Origin: an uncultured Clostridia bacterium
Lineage (GTDB): Bacteria; Bacillota; Clostridia; Oscillospirales; Ruminococcaceae
DNA length: 64,000 bases
Direction of reading: 5' to 3'
Assembly (NCBI GenBank): GCA_947089135.1
Contig: CAMUJF010000001.1
Location: 10,362-74,361 of the forward strand
The translations under genes and the position numbers were made by a program. Position 1 is the first letter of the stretch. Each line of letters opens with the position of its first letter. Of this stretch, positions 26,077-37,407 are shown one piece after another. The notes under the pieces were generated by a model that worked only from the letters and a program-made list of their open reading frames with translations, was not told where the DNA came from and made no database searches.

Positions 26077-27117
26077 TTATATGATTTTTCCTCCGCCCAA
26101 AACAATATCTCCGTCGTAAATAACAAGAGCCTGCCCCTTTGTTACGGCTCGCTGGGGAACGTCAAAGGTTACCTTTATTCTGCTGTCCCCGACGCGTTCC
26201 AAAGTACCCGCCGTGTCGGTCATATTGTACCGAGTCTTCGCCGTAATTCTCACAGGTTCGGAAATATCGGGGACGGATATTAGATTAACGTCCTCGGCAA
26301 TCGCTTCAGTTGTAAACAAGTCCTCGCTGTCACCAAGAATTACGGTATTTTTCTGCACGTCCTTTCCGCAGACGTAAACAGGCTTGCCGAACGTTACGCC
26401 CAGACCCTTTCGCTGTCCCACGGTATAGCGGATAATCCCTCCGTGTCTGCCCATAACATTTCCCGACCTATCGACAAAATCTCCCTCGGGAAAAGTTTTT
26501 TCGGTGTGCTTCTCAATAAAAGCCGCATAATCTCCGTCCGGGACAAAGCATATATCCTGACTGTCCGGCTTTCCGGCGTTGGGAAGTCCGTACCGCTCCG
26601 CAAGAGCGCGGTTTTGCTCCTTGTTCCTGTCCCACAGCGGAAACAGCGTGTGGGACAGCTGAAACTGAGTCATGCCGTAAAGAACGTAGGTCTGATCCTT
26701 TTTGCGGTCGGCGGAACGGATAAGCAGATACCGCCCTGTTTTTTCGTCCCGACCGATTTTAGCGTAGTGTCCCGTTGCAATTCCGTCATAGCCGAGCTTT
26801 AACGCACGGTCAAGCATTTCCCCGAATTTGATATAGCGGTTACAGAAAATACAGGGGTTGGGAGTGCCTCCCTCAATATACCCTTCCGCAAATCTGTCCA
26901 TAACATCGGTGCGGAATTTTTCATACAAATCTATACTGCAGTGGGGTATGCCAAGCTTTTCGCAGACTGCCGCCGCTTCCGAAACTCCGTTTATATCGCC
27001 GCCGTTTCCGCAGAGCTTCAAGGTGCAGCCGCCCACTTCATAGCCTTGCTCTTTCAGTACCAGAGCTGCCGCGGAGCTGTCAACGCCGCCGCTCATTCCC
27101 ACAAGAATTTTTTTCAT
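26077..27117 (-). CDS. mnmA: tRNA 2-thiouridine(34) synthase MnmA
   Basis: 346 aa with PP-loop MSGGVDSS and conserved Cys residues. Confidence 0.94.
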   Translation of the reverse strand: MKKILVGMSGGVDSSAAALVLKEQGYEVGGCTLKLCGNGGDINGVSEAAAVCEKLGIPHCSIDLYEKFRTDVMDRFAEGYIEGGTPNPCIFCNRYIKFGEMLDRALKLGYDGIATGHYAKIGRDEKTGRYLLIRSADRKKDQTYVLYGMTQFQLSHTLFPLWDRNKEQNRALAERYGLPNAGKPDSQDICFVPDGDYAAFIEKHTEKTFPEGDFVDRSGNVMGRHGGIIRYTVGQRKGLGVTFGKPVYVCGKDVQKNTVILGDSEDLFTTEAIAEDVNLISVPDISEPVRITAKTRYNMTDTAGTLERVGDSRIKVTFDVPQRAVTKGQALVIYDGDIVLGGGKII

Positions 27118-27785
27118 TTTGCGTACTCCTTTAAAAGTTCCGTAAACGACATGACCGACAAGTCGGCATATTTTTGTATTTCTGTAAATTCATCCTTACA
27201 CAGCGGCTCGTATATTCCCACTATCCGAAATCCCGCCGATTTCGCGGATATTACCGCGTGTATGGAGTCCTCGAAAACCGCCGTGTTTTCAGGAGCAGCC
27301 CCCAGTATTTCCGCGGCTTTAAGGAAAATTTCGGGACTTTCCTTTCCGCAGCCCACATCGTCGGAGGTCAGCACAAATTCAAAATATCTCATTATACCCT
27401 TTGCCCTCAGAGCCGCCTCCGCAAGGGATTTTTTGTTGGACGTGGCAACGCACATTTTTATTCCCGCCTCATGAGCCGCCTTAAGGAATTCCTCCGCGCC
27501 GCATTTCAGGGGCACGCCGTTTATGTAGTGTTCCTCGACTATGGCAAGTATTCTTCTGCCCGTTTCCTCAGCGGAAAAGGGCAGGGAGTATTCTCTCACA
27601 AGATATTCGCAGGCGGAATCAAAGTGCATTTTTTTCATGGCAAGGGAGCACCTGAGATCATACTCAAGTCCCAGACCGTTAAGAAATTCCCTGTCGGAAT
27701 CCGCCCAGACGGAAAGGCTGTCAAGAAGCGTTCCGTCCATGTCGAAAATTATTGCTTTTATTTCAGTATCCATTGGTTTATCCAT
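27114..27785 (-). CDS. HAD-IA family hydrolase (phosphatase)
   Basis: Motif I FDMDGTLLDS. It overlaps the mnmA start by 4 nt (ATGA), implying an operon. Confidence 0.8.
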   Translation of the reverse strand: MDKPMDTEIKAIIFDMDGTLLDSLSVWADSDREFLNGLGLEYDLRCSLAMKKMHFDSACEYLVREYSLPFSAEETGRRILAIVEEHYINGVPLKCGAEEFLKAAHEAGIKMCVATSNKKSLAEAALRAKGIMRYFEFVLTSDDVGCGKESPEIFLKAAEILGAAPENTAVFEDSIHAVISAKSAGFRIVGIYEPLCKDEFTEIQKYADLSVMSFTELLKEYAK

Positions 27786-27912
27786 GCTCCTCTCATACCG
27801 TCCGTCCGGTAATTAAATTATATCAATTTCGGACGGGGTTGTCAAGAAAAAGCGGAATGCAGCGCCGTCCCGCAGGCTTTAAAATCACAAAGGAAAAAAT
27901 TTCAGGAAAACC

Positions 27913-27941
27913 TTGTTAAAATAATACAAATGTGTTATACT
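27913..27941 (+). promoter_or_regulatory. sigma-A promoter of the alpha/beta hydrolase gene
   Basis: TTGTTA (27913-27918), a 17-nt spacer and an extended -10 TGTTATACT (TATACT at 27936-27941). Confidence 0.6.
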
Positions 27942-27981
27942 AATAGAAATATTTCTGAAATTTGTAAAGGCGGGCAGTATT

Positions 27982-28923
27982 ATGAGTTTTGAAAAAATAA
28001 AAGGCAGCTTTAAAAGCTCCAACGGTACGGACAATATCGCATACTATATTTATACACCCGTGTCAAAGCCGAGGGCGGTCGTGCAGATAGTCCACGGAAT
28101 GTGCGAGTATATCGGACGGTATGAGGAATTTATTGCATTTCTCTGCGCGAACGGTATTGCCGTGTTCGGTCACGATCACTTAGGTCACGGAAATTCCGCT
28201 GTCAGCGACGAGTACTTAGGTTACTTCGCCCCCAAGCGCGGCTGGCAGTTTCTTGCAAAGGATACTTTTAAGCTTTCCTGCATGATGAAGAAAAAATTTG
28301 AGGGTATACCATTATATATACTGGGACACAGCATGGGTTCGCTGGTAACGAGAGCCGTTCTTGCAAAGCACAGCGATCTGTACAGCGGAGCGATAATCAT
28401 GGGTACTTTAAATATGAAGATAGGCGTAAACGCGGGACTTGCTCTATCACAGACCGTATGCAGGCTCAAGGGCGAAATGGCGCGCTCCAAAACAATGGAC
28501 GAACTTGTTTTCGGATTAAGCAATGCGAAGGTGGAAAATCCGGTCAACGAGTTTGCGTGGATATCCCGCGATACGGCGGTGGTCGAAGCTTATGAAAAAG
28601 ATCCGTGGTGCAATTTCCGCTTTACCGCAAGAGCCTATACCGATCTGATGTACCTTGTAAGCTATGTTTCCGCAAAGGACTGGGCGGAAAAGGTGGATAA
28701 CAGTCTGCCGATCCTTATTTGCAGCGGAGGGGACGATCCCGTGGGACTGTACGGACGTGGTCCCGAAAGAGTTTTTACGCGTCTCAGCGATTCGGGTCAG
28801 ACGGATATAGAGCTGGAGATCTACACCGGAGCAAGGCACGAGATACTCAACGAGACCAACCGCGCCGAGGTATACGAGGATATACTGAAATGGCTTGAAA
28901 GACACATTCCCGCGGGCGAGTAA
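27982..28923 (+). CDS. alpha/beta hydrolase (lysophospholipase / monoacylglycerol lipase-like)
   Basis: 313 aa with an HG oxyanion motif (VHGMCEY) and a nucleophile elbow GHSMGS. Confidence 0.75.
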   Translation: MSFEKIKGSFKSSNGTDNIAYYIYTPVSKPRAVVQIVHGMCEYIGRYEEFIAFLCANGIAVFGHDHLGHGNSAVSDEYLGYFAPKRGWQFLAKDTFKLSCMMKKKFEGIPLYILGHSMGSLVTRAVLAKHSDLYSGAIIMGTLNMKIGVNAGLALSQTVCRLKGEMARSKTMDELVFGLSNAKVENPVNEFAWISRDTAVVEAYEKDPWCNFRFTARAYTDLMYLVSYVSAKDWAEKVDNSLPILICSGGDDPVGLYGRGPERVFTRLSDSGQTDIELEIYTGARHEILNETNRAEVYEDILKWLERHIPAGE

Positions 28924-28978
28924 CGGAACGCGGAAGGTCTAACGAAAATAACGAAAAAAACTGCATGGAGGTATAATT

Positions 28979-30079
28979 ATGGCTTTTTCACACGAAATAT
29001 TTTACTGGTACGTACCTGACTCAGAAAATTCCGAGAGCAAAACGCCTGCCGAAAGATATCAGTATATAATTGATTGGGCAAGCCGTGCAAGAGGGACAAA
29101 TCCCAAAGCTTTTGACGAGCTTACAGTATGGCTTCTTGGAAGCGGTGAGTGGAGCGATAGGGAGTTATCCGAAAATAAAGATCTGTTTACGGATAAAATA
29201 TTAAAAAGATTTTTGGAACAGAACCGTATGTTGAGGGCAGAGCTGACGGAGCTTGAACCGTCCGGCGTTGTTAACCCGGCAGTGTTTGATGCGCTGACGC
29301 GGTTTGACGATGAATTGTCCGGCAATACCCGTGCGAATGAATTAAAGGAAGCCGTATCAAAGGTCTTTAACGACTTTTCTGCCATTAAAGATACTGAGAT
29401 AAGAAAAAGCTTTGCGGGTAATGCGACCGGTCCGGCGGGAACTGACAGCGTAGATGTTTTCGGATATATCAATTTCCTTAAGGACTGCGACGCTTCTGTA
29501 CAGTGGACTCTGTTTATGCCTGACGTTGCAAAGTACCAGCAAAACGGCTTCAGAGTCGAAAGCTTTGAATACTTAATGCTTTCCGATATGCGCTTTATAG
29601 GATCGGGAAATGATTTTTCAGACGACCCCGAGGGATTGAAAAGCCTCCTGGATACGCTTGATTCCATGAAAGAATACCGATGCGGCTTTGACCATGACGT
29701 GATACTGCTGCATCATTTCGGCAAAGGCGTTGACGTTGAACAGTGTCATGCTTTATGGGGACGTTTTATGTCGGCGGGAGCTCCTGTTCCAGACGGCTTT
29801 GAATATATTGATTTTATTCCTAAAAACGACGGAAAAGCCGGCGCGCCTTACATATCTCAGTTTGCCTTTGCAAAGTTTACCGGGGATTCCGATTCTATGC
29901 ACAGCAGCGACGGATTTGACTGTGACGCTATGTATGATGTAACAAGAAATATCATACTCGGTCAGAATGTGCCGATACCGTATCCTGCAAAATATTGGAC
30001 GGCCGAGGTATATCTTAACGGCTTGGGAGAGGACAGTACGGCATATTTATTCAGTATTGAAAAAAATGCGGAAGAATAG
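28979..30079 (+). CDS. hypothetical protein (possible GyrI-like / effector-binding C-terminal half)
   Basis: A 366-aa ORF with a good RBS (GGAGG). I recognised no catalytic motif, and the C-terminal resemblance is weak. Confidence 0.5.
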   Translation: MAFSHEIFYWYVPDSENSESKTPAERYQYIIDWASRARGTNPKAFDELTVWLLGSGEWSDRELSENKDLFTDKILKRFLEQNRMLRAELTELEPSGVVNPAVFDALTRFDDELSGNTRANELKEAVSKVFNDFSAIKDTEIRKSFAGNATGPAGTDSVDVFGYINFLKDCDASVQWTLFMPDVAKYQQNGFRVESFEYLMLSDMRFIGSGNDFSDDPEGLKSLLDTLDSMKEYRCGFDHDVILLHHFGKGVDVEQCHALWGRFMSAGAPVPDGFEYIDFIPKNDGKAGAPYISQFAFAKFTGDSDSMHSSDGFDCDAMYDVTRNIILGQNVPIPYPAKYWTAEVYLNGLGEDSTAYLFSIEKNAEE

Positions 30080-30123
30080 CTTTTCTGCAAGAACAGGATC
30101 AACCTTTGAAAGGATTCACTATT

Positions 30124-31650
30124 ATGTTCGCAAAGATTAACAGCCTCGGACTTTTCGGTCTCAACGCTTTTGCTGTGGATGTGGAAATAGAAACAAGCAA
30201 GGGAACTCCCGCGTTCGATATAGTGGGTCTTCCCGATACAGTGGTAAAGGAAAGCCGCGAACGTATACGCTCCGCGCTGCGTGAAAACGGCGTAGCCTTT
30301 CCGCTTGCAAAGGTGATAGTGAATCTTGCTCCCGCGGACACGAAAAAATCGGGCAGCGTTCACGATCTTGCTATTTTTGTGGCTCTTCTGTGCGTTACGG
30401 GAAACATTACCGAGGACATTTCAAAGTCCGCGTTTATCGGAGAGGTGTCCCTCAACGGCGACGTAAGACCTGTTAACGGAGTTCTGCCCATGGTTCTGCT
30501 TGCGGAAAGGGCAGGCTTCGAGAACGTGTTCGTACCTGCCGAAAACGTCCGCGAGGCAAGCGTCGTCAGTGGGATAACCGTTTACGGAGTGGAAAGCGCG
30601 GGACAGCTTATAAGGCATTTTTGTCGCGGCGAGATGATACTTCCCCAAAAGTCCTATGAGGCAAAGCCCGAAGAATATTTTGACGCAGTGGATTTTGCGG
30701 ACGTAAAGGGTCAGTATGCGGCGAAAAAGGCTTTGGAGTATGCCGCCGCGGGCGGACATAACGTACTTATGATAGGCAGTCCCGGTTCGGGAAAATCCAT
30801 GCTTGCAAAGCGGCTTACCACCATACTTCCCGCCATGACCTTTGAGGAGTCCATAGAAACTACAAACGTCCATTCGGTAAGCGGACTGGTGAGCAAGGAT
30901 TCGCCGCTTGTTACGAGGAGACCGTTCAGAAGTCCCCACCATACCATTTCGGCAGCGGGACTTGCGGGAGGGGGAACAGTCCCAAAACCGGGGGAGATCT
31001 CCCTTGCGCACAACGGACTGCTTTTTCTGGACGAGCTTGCGGAATTTGACAGGCGTACTCTGGAGATACTCCGCCAGCCTATGGAGGACAAGCAGGTCAC
31101 CATATCGAGAGCGGCGGGAACGGTGACGTACCCGTGCAGCTTTATGCTTGTGGCGGCAATGAATCCATGTCCATGTGGATACTACGGACACCCTACAAAG
31201 AAGTGTATATGCGGAAAAAAGCAGGTTGCCCAGTATCTTTCAAAGATAAGCGGACCTCTGCTGGACAGGTTCGATATACATATAGAAGTGCCGCCCGTGG
31301 AGTTTGAAAGGATATCCTCGGCGGAAAAGGAGGAAAGCTCCGCGGCTATAAGGGAGCGTGTGCAGGCTGCAAGGGAGATACAGAACAAGCGGTTCAGGGG
31401 TACGGGTATTTCCTGCAACGCAAAGATAACCCCCGAGCTTTTGCCTCAGGTCTGCGAAATGACGGACGCGGCGCGGGATACCCTCAAAAACGTGTTTGAG
31501 AGAATGGGACTTTCCGCAAGAGCCTACGACCGCATTTTAAAGGTGGCGCGGACTATCGCCGACATGAGCGGCGCGGAGACTATCGACAAGCCTCACATTG
31601 CTCAGGCGGTGCAGTTCAGAAGTCTCGACCGTAAATATTGGGCAGGATAA
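30124..31650 (+). CDS. comM: YifB/ComM family Mg-chelatase-like AAA+ ATPase
   Basis: Lon-protease-like N-domain, Walker A GSPGSGKSM and a ChlI-type AAA+ core. The start is set to ATG 30124 (MFAKINSLGLFG). Confidence 0.9.
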   Translation: MFAKINSLGLFGLNAFAVDVEIETSKGTPAFDIVGLPDTVVKESRERIRSALRENGVAFPLAKVIVNLAPADTKKSGSVHDLAIFVALLCVTGNITEDISKSAFIGEVSLNGDVRPVNGVLPMVLLAERAGFENVFVPAENVREASVVSGITVYGVESAGQLIRHFCRGEMILPQKSYEAKPEEYFDAVDFADVKGQYAAKKALEYAAAGGHNVLMIGSPGSGKSMLAKRLTTILPAMTFEESIETTNVHSVSGLVSKDSPLVTRRPFRSPHHTISAAGLAGGGTVPKPGEISLAHNGLLFLDELAEFDRRTLEILRQPMEDKQVTISRAAGTVTYPCSFMLVAAMNPCPCGYYGHPTKKCICGKKQVAQYLSKISGPLLDRFDIHIEVPPVEFERISSAEKEESSAAIRERVQAAREIQNKRFRGTGISCNAKITPELLPQVCEMTDAARDTLKNVFERMGLSARAYDRILKVARTIADMSGAETIDKPHIAQAVQFRSLDRKYWAG

Positions 31651-31671
31651 TGACAGACGATAGATAAAAAT

Positions 31672-31712
31672 AACCGTCCCGAACGTGTTGAAGCGTTCGG
31701 GACGGGTTTTTA
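31672..31712. terminator. bidirectional terminator between comM and the convergent cell-wall-binding protein gene
   Basis: CCGTCCCGAACG-tgttgaag-CGTTCGGGACGG, flanked by an A-run and a T-run. Confidence 0.85.
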
Positions 31713-33116
31713 TTAAAAGCAGTCAATAGTGTCAACTGCAACGTCATCGCCGTCATCAACAACAGGAACAATAACCCCGATCTCAATGGAAATAATGTTA
31801 GGGTCGTCCAAAGAATCTATATAGGCTTGTAATTCGTCGGTCACTCTGCCGACGGTTACACTCACACAGTTGCTCATTGTTGATGTGCCCCAAGCGTTTA
31901 GTGAGTATTTCTTGCTGTTTTTGTCAAGATCGTTTATGACAGCTTCAAGTTCGTTTAAGGAGAATTTGCAGTCTTGCATGATTATTGGAGCATAGGTTTC
32001 CCGCATTTTTTCCACAATGGGAGCGACCTTTTCCCTGTTTACGGTCATGACGACAAGCACGCCGTCGTTGGTGTAAACTCCTGCGTAATCGTCTCCCGAA
32101 AGCTTTTTTTTCAGCGACGAATACGCGGAATAATATCCGTTTTCGCTGCCGTCCCATACGCCGCTTTCCGAGAATGTGTAGGACTTTCCGTAAAGCTCGG
32201 CAGTACCGATAGTGTTCGCGCCTGTTTTTTCGTCCAGATAGTGCCAGCCGTCGGAAAGCTTGCACCAGCCCTTTTGCTTTACCCCGTCAATGAAGTAAAA
32301 GCGGTCTCCGCCCGATTTTGTCCAGCCTGTATAGGTTCCCGCGCATACCCCGTCCTTGCCGAACCTGTAGCGCACGCCGTTTATAGATTTGCTTTTGGTT
32401 ATTGCTTCGCCGCTTTTTTGAAAGTAGTACTTTTTGCCGTCAACGGTTTTCCAGCCCGACGCAAGCGTTCCGTCGTCATTTACAAAGAAAGTTTTGCCGC
32501 CGTCCTTTACAAGTCCTTTGTCAAAGCTTCCGCAGCAAACGACAGAGCCGTCAGGGGAGCTGCTCTCCGCGCGGAGCTTTTTTATATCCTCGACTTCTTT
32601 TTTCGCGGTTTCTTCGCTGTATGGATATCCCTCACGGAAAAAGTGTTCTTCATTGTCGGTAAAGAAGTAAAAGCCGTTGTCGGACACGTATATTTCCATA
32701 GGGTCGTCAAGAGAGGTCTTAAGCGCGTCTAGATTGTCCGACAGTACGTTTGCGCCGATGCCGCAGCCGTATTCGCCGTCGTCCAAGCTTACGCTTATCA
32801 TGAGCTTCGGACTGTCGCCGCACATGATCGGATAGTAATAAAGGTTGTCTCTTACGCTGCCGTCCAAATTGTTTACACAGAAGCCCGCGCCGAGGTACGC
32901 GCTTTTGGCTTCGGCGGAGGTAAGACCGAGAATTACAAGTCCGCTGCTCTCCGACTGATTTTCAAATTGATCCATCGCGTATTCGTCCGCACTTTTGGGA
33001 GTATCGGCAGTCCTGATATAGACCGAGGATCCGTCCGCATAAACGTTAAACGAAAGAACCGCCGCAGTCACAGCCGCCGTGATACAAGCCGCAAAAATTT
33101 TTTTCTTGATAAACAT
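31713..33116 (-). CDS. secreted protein with cell-wall/choline-binding (CW_binding_1-type) repeats
   Basis: The start is set to ATG 33116 (MFIKKKIFAACITAAVTAAVLSFNVYA), a signal peptide. It has repeated GW..(D/S)GK.YYF..(S/D)G motifs. Confidence 0.8.
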   Translation of the reverse strand: MFIKKKIFAACITAAVTAAVLSFNVYADGSSVYIRTADTPKSADEYAMDQFENQSESSGLVILGLTSAEAKSAYLGAGFCVNNLDGSVRDNLYYYPIMCGDSPKLMISVSLDDGEYGCGIGANVLSDNLDALKTSLDDPMEIYVSDNGFYFFTDNEEHFFREGYPYSEETAKKEVEDIKKLRAESSSPDGSVVCCGSFDKGLVKDGGKTFFVNDDGTLASGWKTVDGKKYYFQKSGEAITKSKSINGVRYRFGKDGVCAGTYTGWTKSGGDRFYFIDGVKQKGWCKLSDGWHYLDEKTGANTIGTAELYGKSYTFSESGVWDGSENGYYSAYSSLKKKLSGDDYAGVYTNDGVLVVMTVNREKVAPIVEKMRETYAPIIMQDCKFSLNELEAVINDLDKNSKKYSLNAWGTSTMSNCVSVTVGRVTDELQAYIDSLDDPNIISIEIGVIVPVVDDGDDVAVDTIDCF

Positions 33117-33267
33117 CGCAAAACCATTCCTTTCCCCATTTGAAGTTTTCTGTAAGGAATACAATTCAAGTCGGCAAAATTTTTCACCGCAGGAAATATT
33201 ATGCGTTTTATACAATTTAAAGAATGACAATTTGTACGTTATGCTCAACATTTGTTAAAAAATAAAG

Positions 33268-33306
33268 AATACCCGTATCCGTTTTCAGGCGGATACGGGT
33301 ATTTTC
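33268..33306. terminator. orphan bidirectional terminator hairpin upstream of the rpoB promoter
   Basis: AATACCCGTATCCG-ttttcagg-CGGATACGGGTATT has T-runs on both strands. No gene ends here on either strand. Confidence 0.6.
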
Positions 33307-33326
33307 AAAAAATCTCCAAAAAAGGC

Positions 33327-33355
33327 TTGACAAGCCAAAGAGTTTGGTGTATAAT
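33327..33355 (+). promoter_or_regulatory. sigma-A promoter of rpoB-rpoC
   Basis: TTGACA (33327-33332), a 17-nt spacer and TATAAT (33350-33355), followed by a 156-nt leader. Confidence 0.8.
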
Positions 33356-33511
33356 AATATACTGTATCATAATCTATTCTTATGCCGTTTTGACGACTTT
33401 TACCGACTTTTTTATTAGTATAACACATTACGGCTAAGATTGCAACAGTTCCGATAAAATTTTTTTCGGACTCCATCAAATTCCCGCAAAAATACAAGGA
33501 GGGACCCGCCT

Positions 33512-36500
33512 ATGGTGAATGTCAAGCCGGTGCAGCTCGGTAAAACTACGCGCATGAGCTTCGGAAAGATCAACGAGGCTCTTGAAATGCCGAACCTTAT
33601 CGAGGTGCAGAAAAATTCCTACCAGTGGTTTCTGGAGGAAGGACTTAAAGAGGTTTTCCGCGACGTTGCGGCTATTACCGATTACAACGGCAATCTGGTG
33701 CTGAACTTTGTGGATTACTCTATCGACGATACACCTAAATATTCCGTTGCGGAGTGCAAGGAGAGGGACGTTACCTACGCCGCTCCCCTGAGAGTAAAGG
33801 CTACGCTCTGGAACAAGGAAACAGGCGTCGTTAAGGAAAACGAAGTGTTCATGGGCGATTTCCCGCTTATGACCGACAGCGGAACCTTTGTTATCAACGG
33901 CGCGGAGCGCGTTATCGTTTCTCAGCTCGTTCGTTCCCCCGGCGTTTACTACTCTTTTGAAAAAGACAAGACCGGCAAGGATCTCTTCAAGGCTACCGTT
34001 ATCCCCAACAGGGGCGCGTGGCTCGAATACGAAATGGACTCCAACGACGTTGCTTACGTCCGCATAGACAAGAACCGGAAGATCCCTCTTACCACCTTTG
34101 TCCGTTCCCTCGGCTGCGGAACGGACGTTGAGATAGAGGAGCTTTTCGGTACTGACGAAAGGCTCAATCAGACTATCCTCCAGAAGGATACCACTAAGAA
34201 CCGGGAGGAAGCCCTCCTTGAAGTTTACAAAAAGCTCCGCCCCGGCGAGCCCCCTACGGTGGAAAGCGCGGAGAATCATCTTAACGGTCTTTTCTTCGAC
34301 GCAAAACGCTACGACCTTGCGCGTTTCGGACGTTACAAATATAATCAGAAGCTCGGTATCAGTTCGCGAATTACCGGTCATTACCTGTCCAGACCCGTCG
34401 CTAATCCGTTAACCGGCGAAATAATTGCCGACGAGGGCGAGCTTGTCACCTACGAAAAGGCTCGTGAGATCGAGCAGGCGGGCGTCGGCGAGGCATGGCT
34501 CACGGTAGAGCATAAGGAGACCTATACCACTCCCACAGGCGAGACGGCTCACAGCGTTGAGGAGCGGGAGGTCAAGGTAATAGGCAACCGCATGGTGGAC
34601 ATGGCTCCCTATGTGGATTTCGATCCCGCAAAGTACGGCGTAAACGAAAAGGTATGCTTCGGCGTTCTTAAAGAAATTCTCGAAAGCGCTTCCGACAAGG
34701 AGGAGCTGGAGGAAATGGTCAAGGCGCGCGCCGAGGAGCTTGTTCCCAAGCACATCATTCTTGACGATATATATGCTACTATCAGCTATTTTATTAATCT
34801 CTGCGAGGGCGTGGGTACGGTGGACGACATCGACCACCTTGGCAACAGACGTATCCGCTCGGTGGGCGAGCTGCTCCAGAACCAGTTCAGGATAGGCTTC
34901 TCCCGTATGGAACGCGTTATCCGCGAAAGAATGAATATCCAGTCTCAGGATATGGACGTTATCACCCCTCAGGCTCTTATCAATATCCGTCCCATTACGG
35001 CGGCTATAAAGGAATTTTTCGGTTCGTCGCCGCTGTCCCAGTTCATGGATCAGACTAACCCTCTTGCGGAGCTTACCCATAAGAGACGTCTTTCCGCGCT
35101 GGGTCCCGGAGGTCTGTCAAGAGACCGGGCGGGATTCGAGGTCCGCGACGTACACTATTCCCACTACGGAAGAATGTGTCCTATCGAGACTCCTGAAGGT
35201 CCTAACATCGGACTGATCTCATATCTGGCTTCCTTTGCCCGTATCAATGAGTACGGCTTTATTGAAGCTCCTTACAGAAAGGTGGATAAGGAGACGGGAG
35301 TGGTTACTACGGAGGTAGTTTACATGACCGCCGACGTAGAGGATAACTTCACTATAGCTCAGGCAAACGAACCGCTTACCGAGGACGGAAAGCTTGCGCG
35401 TCCCATAGTAAACGCGCGCTACCGCGACCAGATCCTGGAATGCGAAAGAGAACGCATCGACTACATGGACGTTTCCCCGAAAATGGTTGTGTCCATTGCT
35501 ACGGCGATGATACCGTTCCTTGAAAACGACGACGCGAACCGTGCCCTCATGGGCGCGAACATGCAGCGTCAGGCTGTTCCTCTCCTTAAGACCGAGGCTC
35601 CTATCGTGGGAACCGGCATGGAGTACAAGTCCGCTGTTGACTCCGGCGTATGCGTTATTTCCAAGCACAACGGCGTCGTTGAAGCGGTCTCCGCGGACGA
35701 GGTCGTTATCAAGGAGGGTACGGGAGCTACTCATTCGTACAAGCTTACAAAGTTTAAGCGTTCCAACCAGGGTACTTGCGTAAATCAGCGTCCTATAGTA
35801 AATAAGGGCGAGGAAGTCCGCGCGGGTCAGGTGCTGGCGGACGGTCCCGCTACCTGCAACGGCGAGATATCAATAGGCAAGAACGCTCTTATCGGATTTA
35901 TGACATGGGAGGGCTATAACTACGAGGACGCCGTTCTCCTTAACGAGAGAGTCGTCCGCGAGGATATTTACACCTCCATTCATATAGAGGAATACGAGAT
36001 CGAAGCCCGCGACACCAAGCTGGGTCCTGAGGAAATAACAAGGGATATCCCCAACGTGGGCGAGGACGCTCTCAAAGACCTTGACGACCGCGGAATTATC
36101 CGCATAGGCGCGGAAGTACGCGCGGGCGATATTTTGGTAGGAAAAGTCACCCCCAAGGGCGAGACCGAGCTTACCGCCGAGGAAAGACTGCTCCGCGCCA
36201 TATTCGGCGAAAAGGCAAGAGAAGTCCGCGACAATTCCCTTAAAGTACCTCACGGCGAGGCGGGAGTTATCGTTGACGTTAAAATATTCACAAGAGAAAA
36301 TTCCGAGGAGCTTTCTCCCGGAGTAAATATGCTGGTAAGATGCTACATCGCCCAAAAGCGTAAAATTTCCGTGGGCGATAAAATGGCCGGCCGTCACGGA
36401 AACAAGGGTGTTGTTTCTCGTATCCTCAAATCCGAGGATATGCCTTTCCTGCCTGACGGTACGCCCCTTGACATCGTTCTTAATCCGCTGGGCGTTCCGT

Positions 36501-37303
36501 CCCGTATGAACATCGGTCAGGTGCTTGAGGTTCATCTGGGAATGGCTGCCAAGAAGCTGGGCTGGAAGATAATGACTCCCGTATTCGACGGCGCTCACGA
36601 GGACGATATCCGCGCCTGCTTCAATGAAGCGGGTATGCGCGAGGACGGAAAAACTACGCTTTACGACGGAAGAACCGGCGACAAGTTCGACAATCCCGTT
36701 ACCGTTGGCTATATGTACTACCTCAAGCTCCACCACCTTGTTGACGATAAGATCCACGCACGTTCGGTAGGACCTTACTCGCTGGTTACACAGCAGCCTC
36801 TGGGCGGTAAGGCTCAGTTCGGCGGTCAGCGTTTCGGAGAGATGGAAGTTTGGGCGCTGGAGGCTTACGGCGCGGCTTACACCTTGCAGGAAATTCTTAC
36901 CGTCAAGTCCGATGATACTGTGGGACGTGTTAAGACCTACGAGGCTATAGTTAAGGGTCAGAACGTTCCCAAGCCGGGAATACCCGAATCCTTCAAGGTT
37001 CTTATCAAGGAACTCCAGTCCCTTTGTCTGGACGTTAAAGTCCTTGACGAGCTTGGCGAAGAGATCGACCTTAAACAGACCTTTGAGGACGACGACGATA
37101 TCATACCGCAGCCTGTTTCCGACGCTGAGGATATGGACGACAGCCTTATTGCCGACGGCGACCTTGACAGCGGCTTCTCCATTGAGGATATGGAGGACGG
37201 CGATTATGATGATTTCGACGATGAAGACGATGAGGACGACGGAGATGATGAGGACGGCGGCGACGATTTTTCATTCGGCGGCGATGACGACGATCTTATC
37301 TGA
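33512..37303 (+). CDS. rpoB: DNA-directed RNA polymerase subunit beta
   Basis: 1263 aa with universal beta motifs, for example ..[15 protein letters not shown].. It has RBS AAGGAGGG and a 74-aa polyacidic C-terminal tail. Confidence 0.99.
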   Translation: MVNVKPVQLGKTTRMSFGKINEALEMPNLIEVQKNSYQWFLEEGLKEVFRDVAAITDYNGNLVLNFVDYSIDDTPKYSVAECKERDVTYAAPLRVKATLWNKETGVVKENEVFMGDFPLMTDSGTFVINGAERVIVSQLVRSPGVYYSFEKDKTGKDLFKATVIPNRGAWLEYEMDSNDVAYVRIDKNRKIPLTTFVRSLGCGTDVEIEELFGTDERLNQTILQKDTTKNREEALLEVYKKLRPGEPPTVESAENHLNGLFFDAKRYDLARFGRYKYNQKLGISSRITGHYLSRPVANPLTGEIIADEGELVTYEKAREIEQAGVGEAWLTVEHKETYTTPTGETAHSVEEREVKVIGNRMVDMAPYVDFDPAKYGVNEKVCFGVLKEILESASDKEELEEMVKARAEELVPKHIILDDIYATISYFINLCEGVGTVDDIDHLGNRRIRSVGELLQNQFRIGFSRMERVIRERMNIQSQDMDVITPQALINIRPITAAIKEFFGSSPLSQFMDQTNPLAELTHKRRLSALGPGGLSRDRAGFEVRDVHYSHYGRMCPIETPEGPNIGLISYLASFARINEYGFIEAPYRKVDKETGVVTTEVVYMTADVEDNFTIAQANEPLTEDGKLARPIVNARYRDQILECERERIDYMDVSPKMVVSIATAMIPFLENDDANRALMGANMQRQAVPLLKTEAPIVGTGMEYKSAVDSGVCVISKHNGVVEAVSADEVVIKEGTGATHSYKLTKFKRSNQGTCVNQRPIVNKGEEVRAGQVLADGPATCNGEISIGKNALIGFMTWEGYNYEDAVLLNERVVREDIYTSIHIEEYEIEARDTKLGPEEITRDIPNVGEDALKDLDDRGIIRIGAEVRAGDILVGKVTPKGETELTAEERLLRAIFGEKAREVRDNSLKVPHGEAGVIVDVKIFTRENSEELSPGVNMLVRCYIAQKRKISVGDKMAGRHGNKGVVSRILKSEDMPFLPDGTPLDIVLNPLGVPSRMNIGQVLEVHLGMAAKKLGWKIMTPVFDGAHEDDIRACFNEAGMREDGKTTLYDGRTGDKFDNPVTVGYMYYLKLHHLVDDKIHARSVGPYSLVTQQPLGGKAQFGGQRFGEMEVWALEAYGAAYTLQEILTVKSDDTVGRVKTYEAIVKGQNVPKPGIPESFKVLIKELQSLCLDVKVLDELGEEIDLKQTFEDDDDIIPQPVSDAEDMDDSLIADGDLDSGFSIEDMEDGDYDDFDDEDDEDDGDDEDGGDDFSFGGDDDDLI

Positions 37304-37407
37304 TAACCGGGCAACCGGGTAACCGAGCTTACGGTTTACGACAGGGCGCAGGACGTTTTTGCTCCTGCTCCCTTTACCGCTTACTTCTAAAAAAGGAGTG
37401 TTTATAT

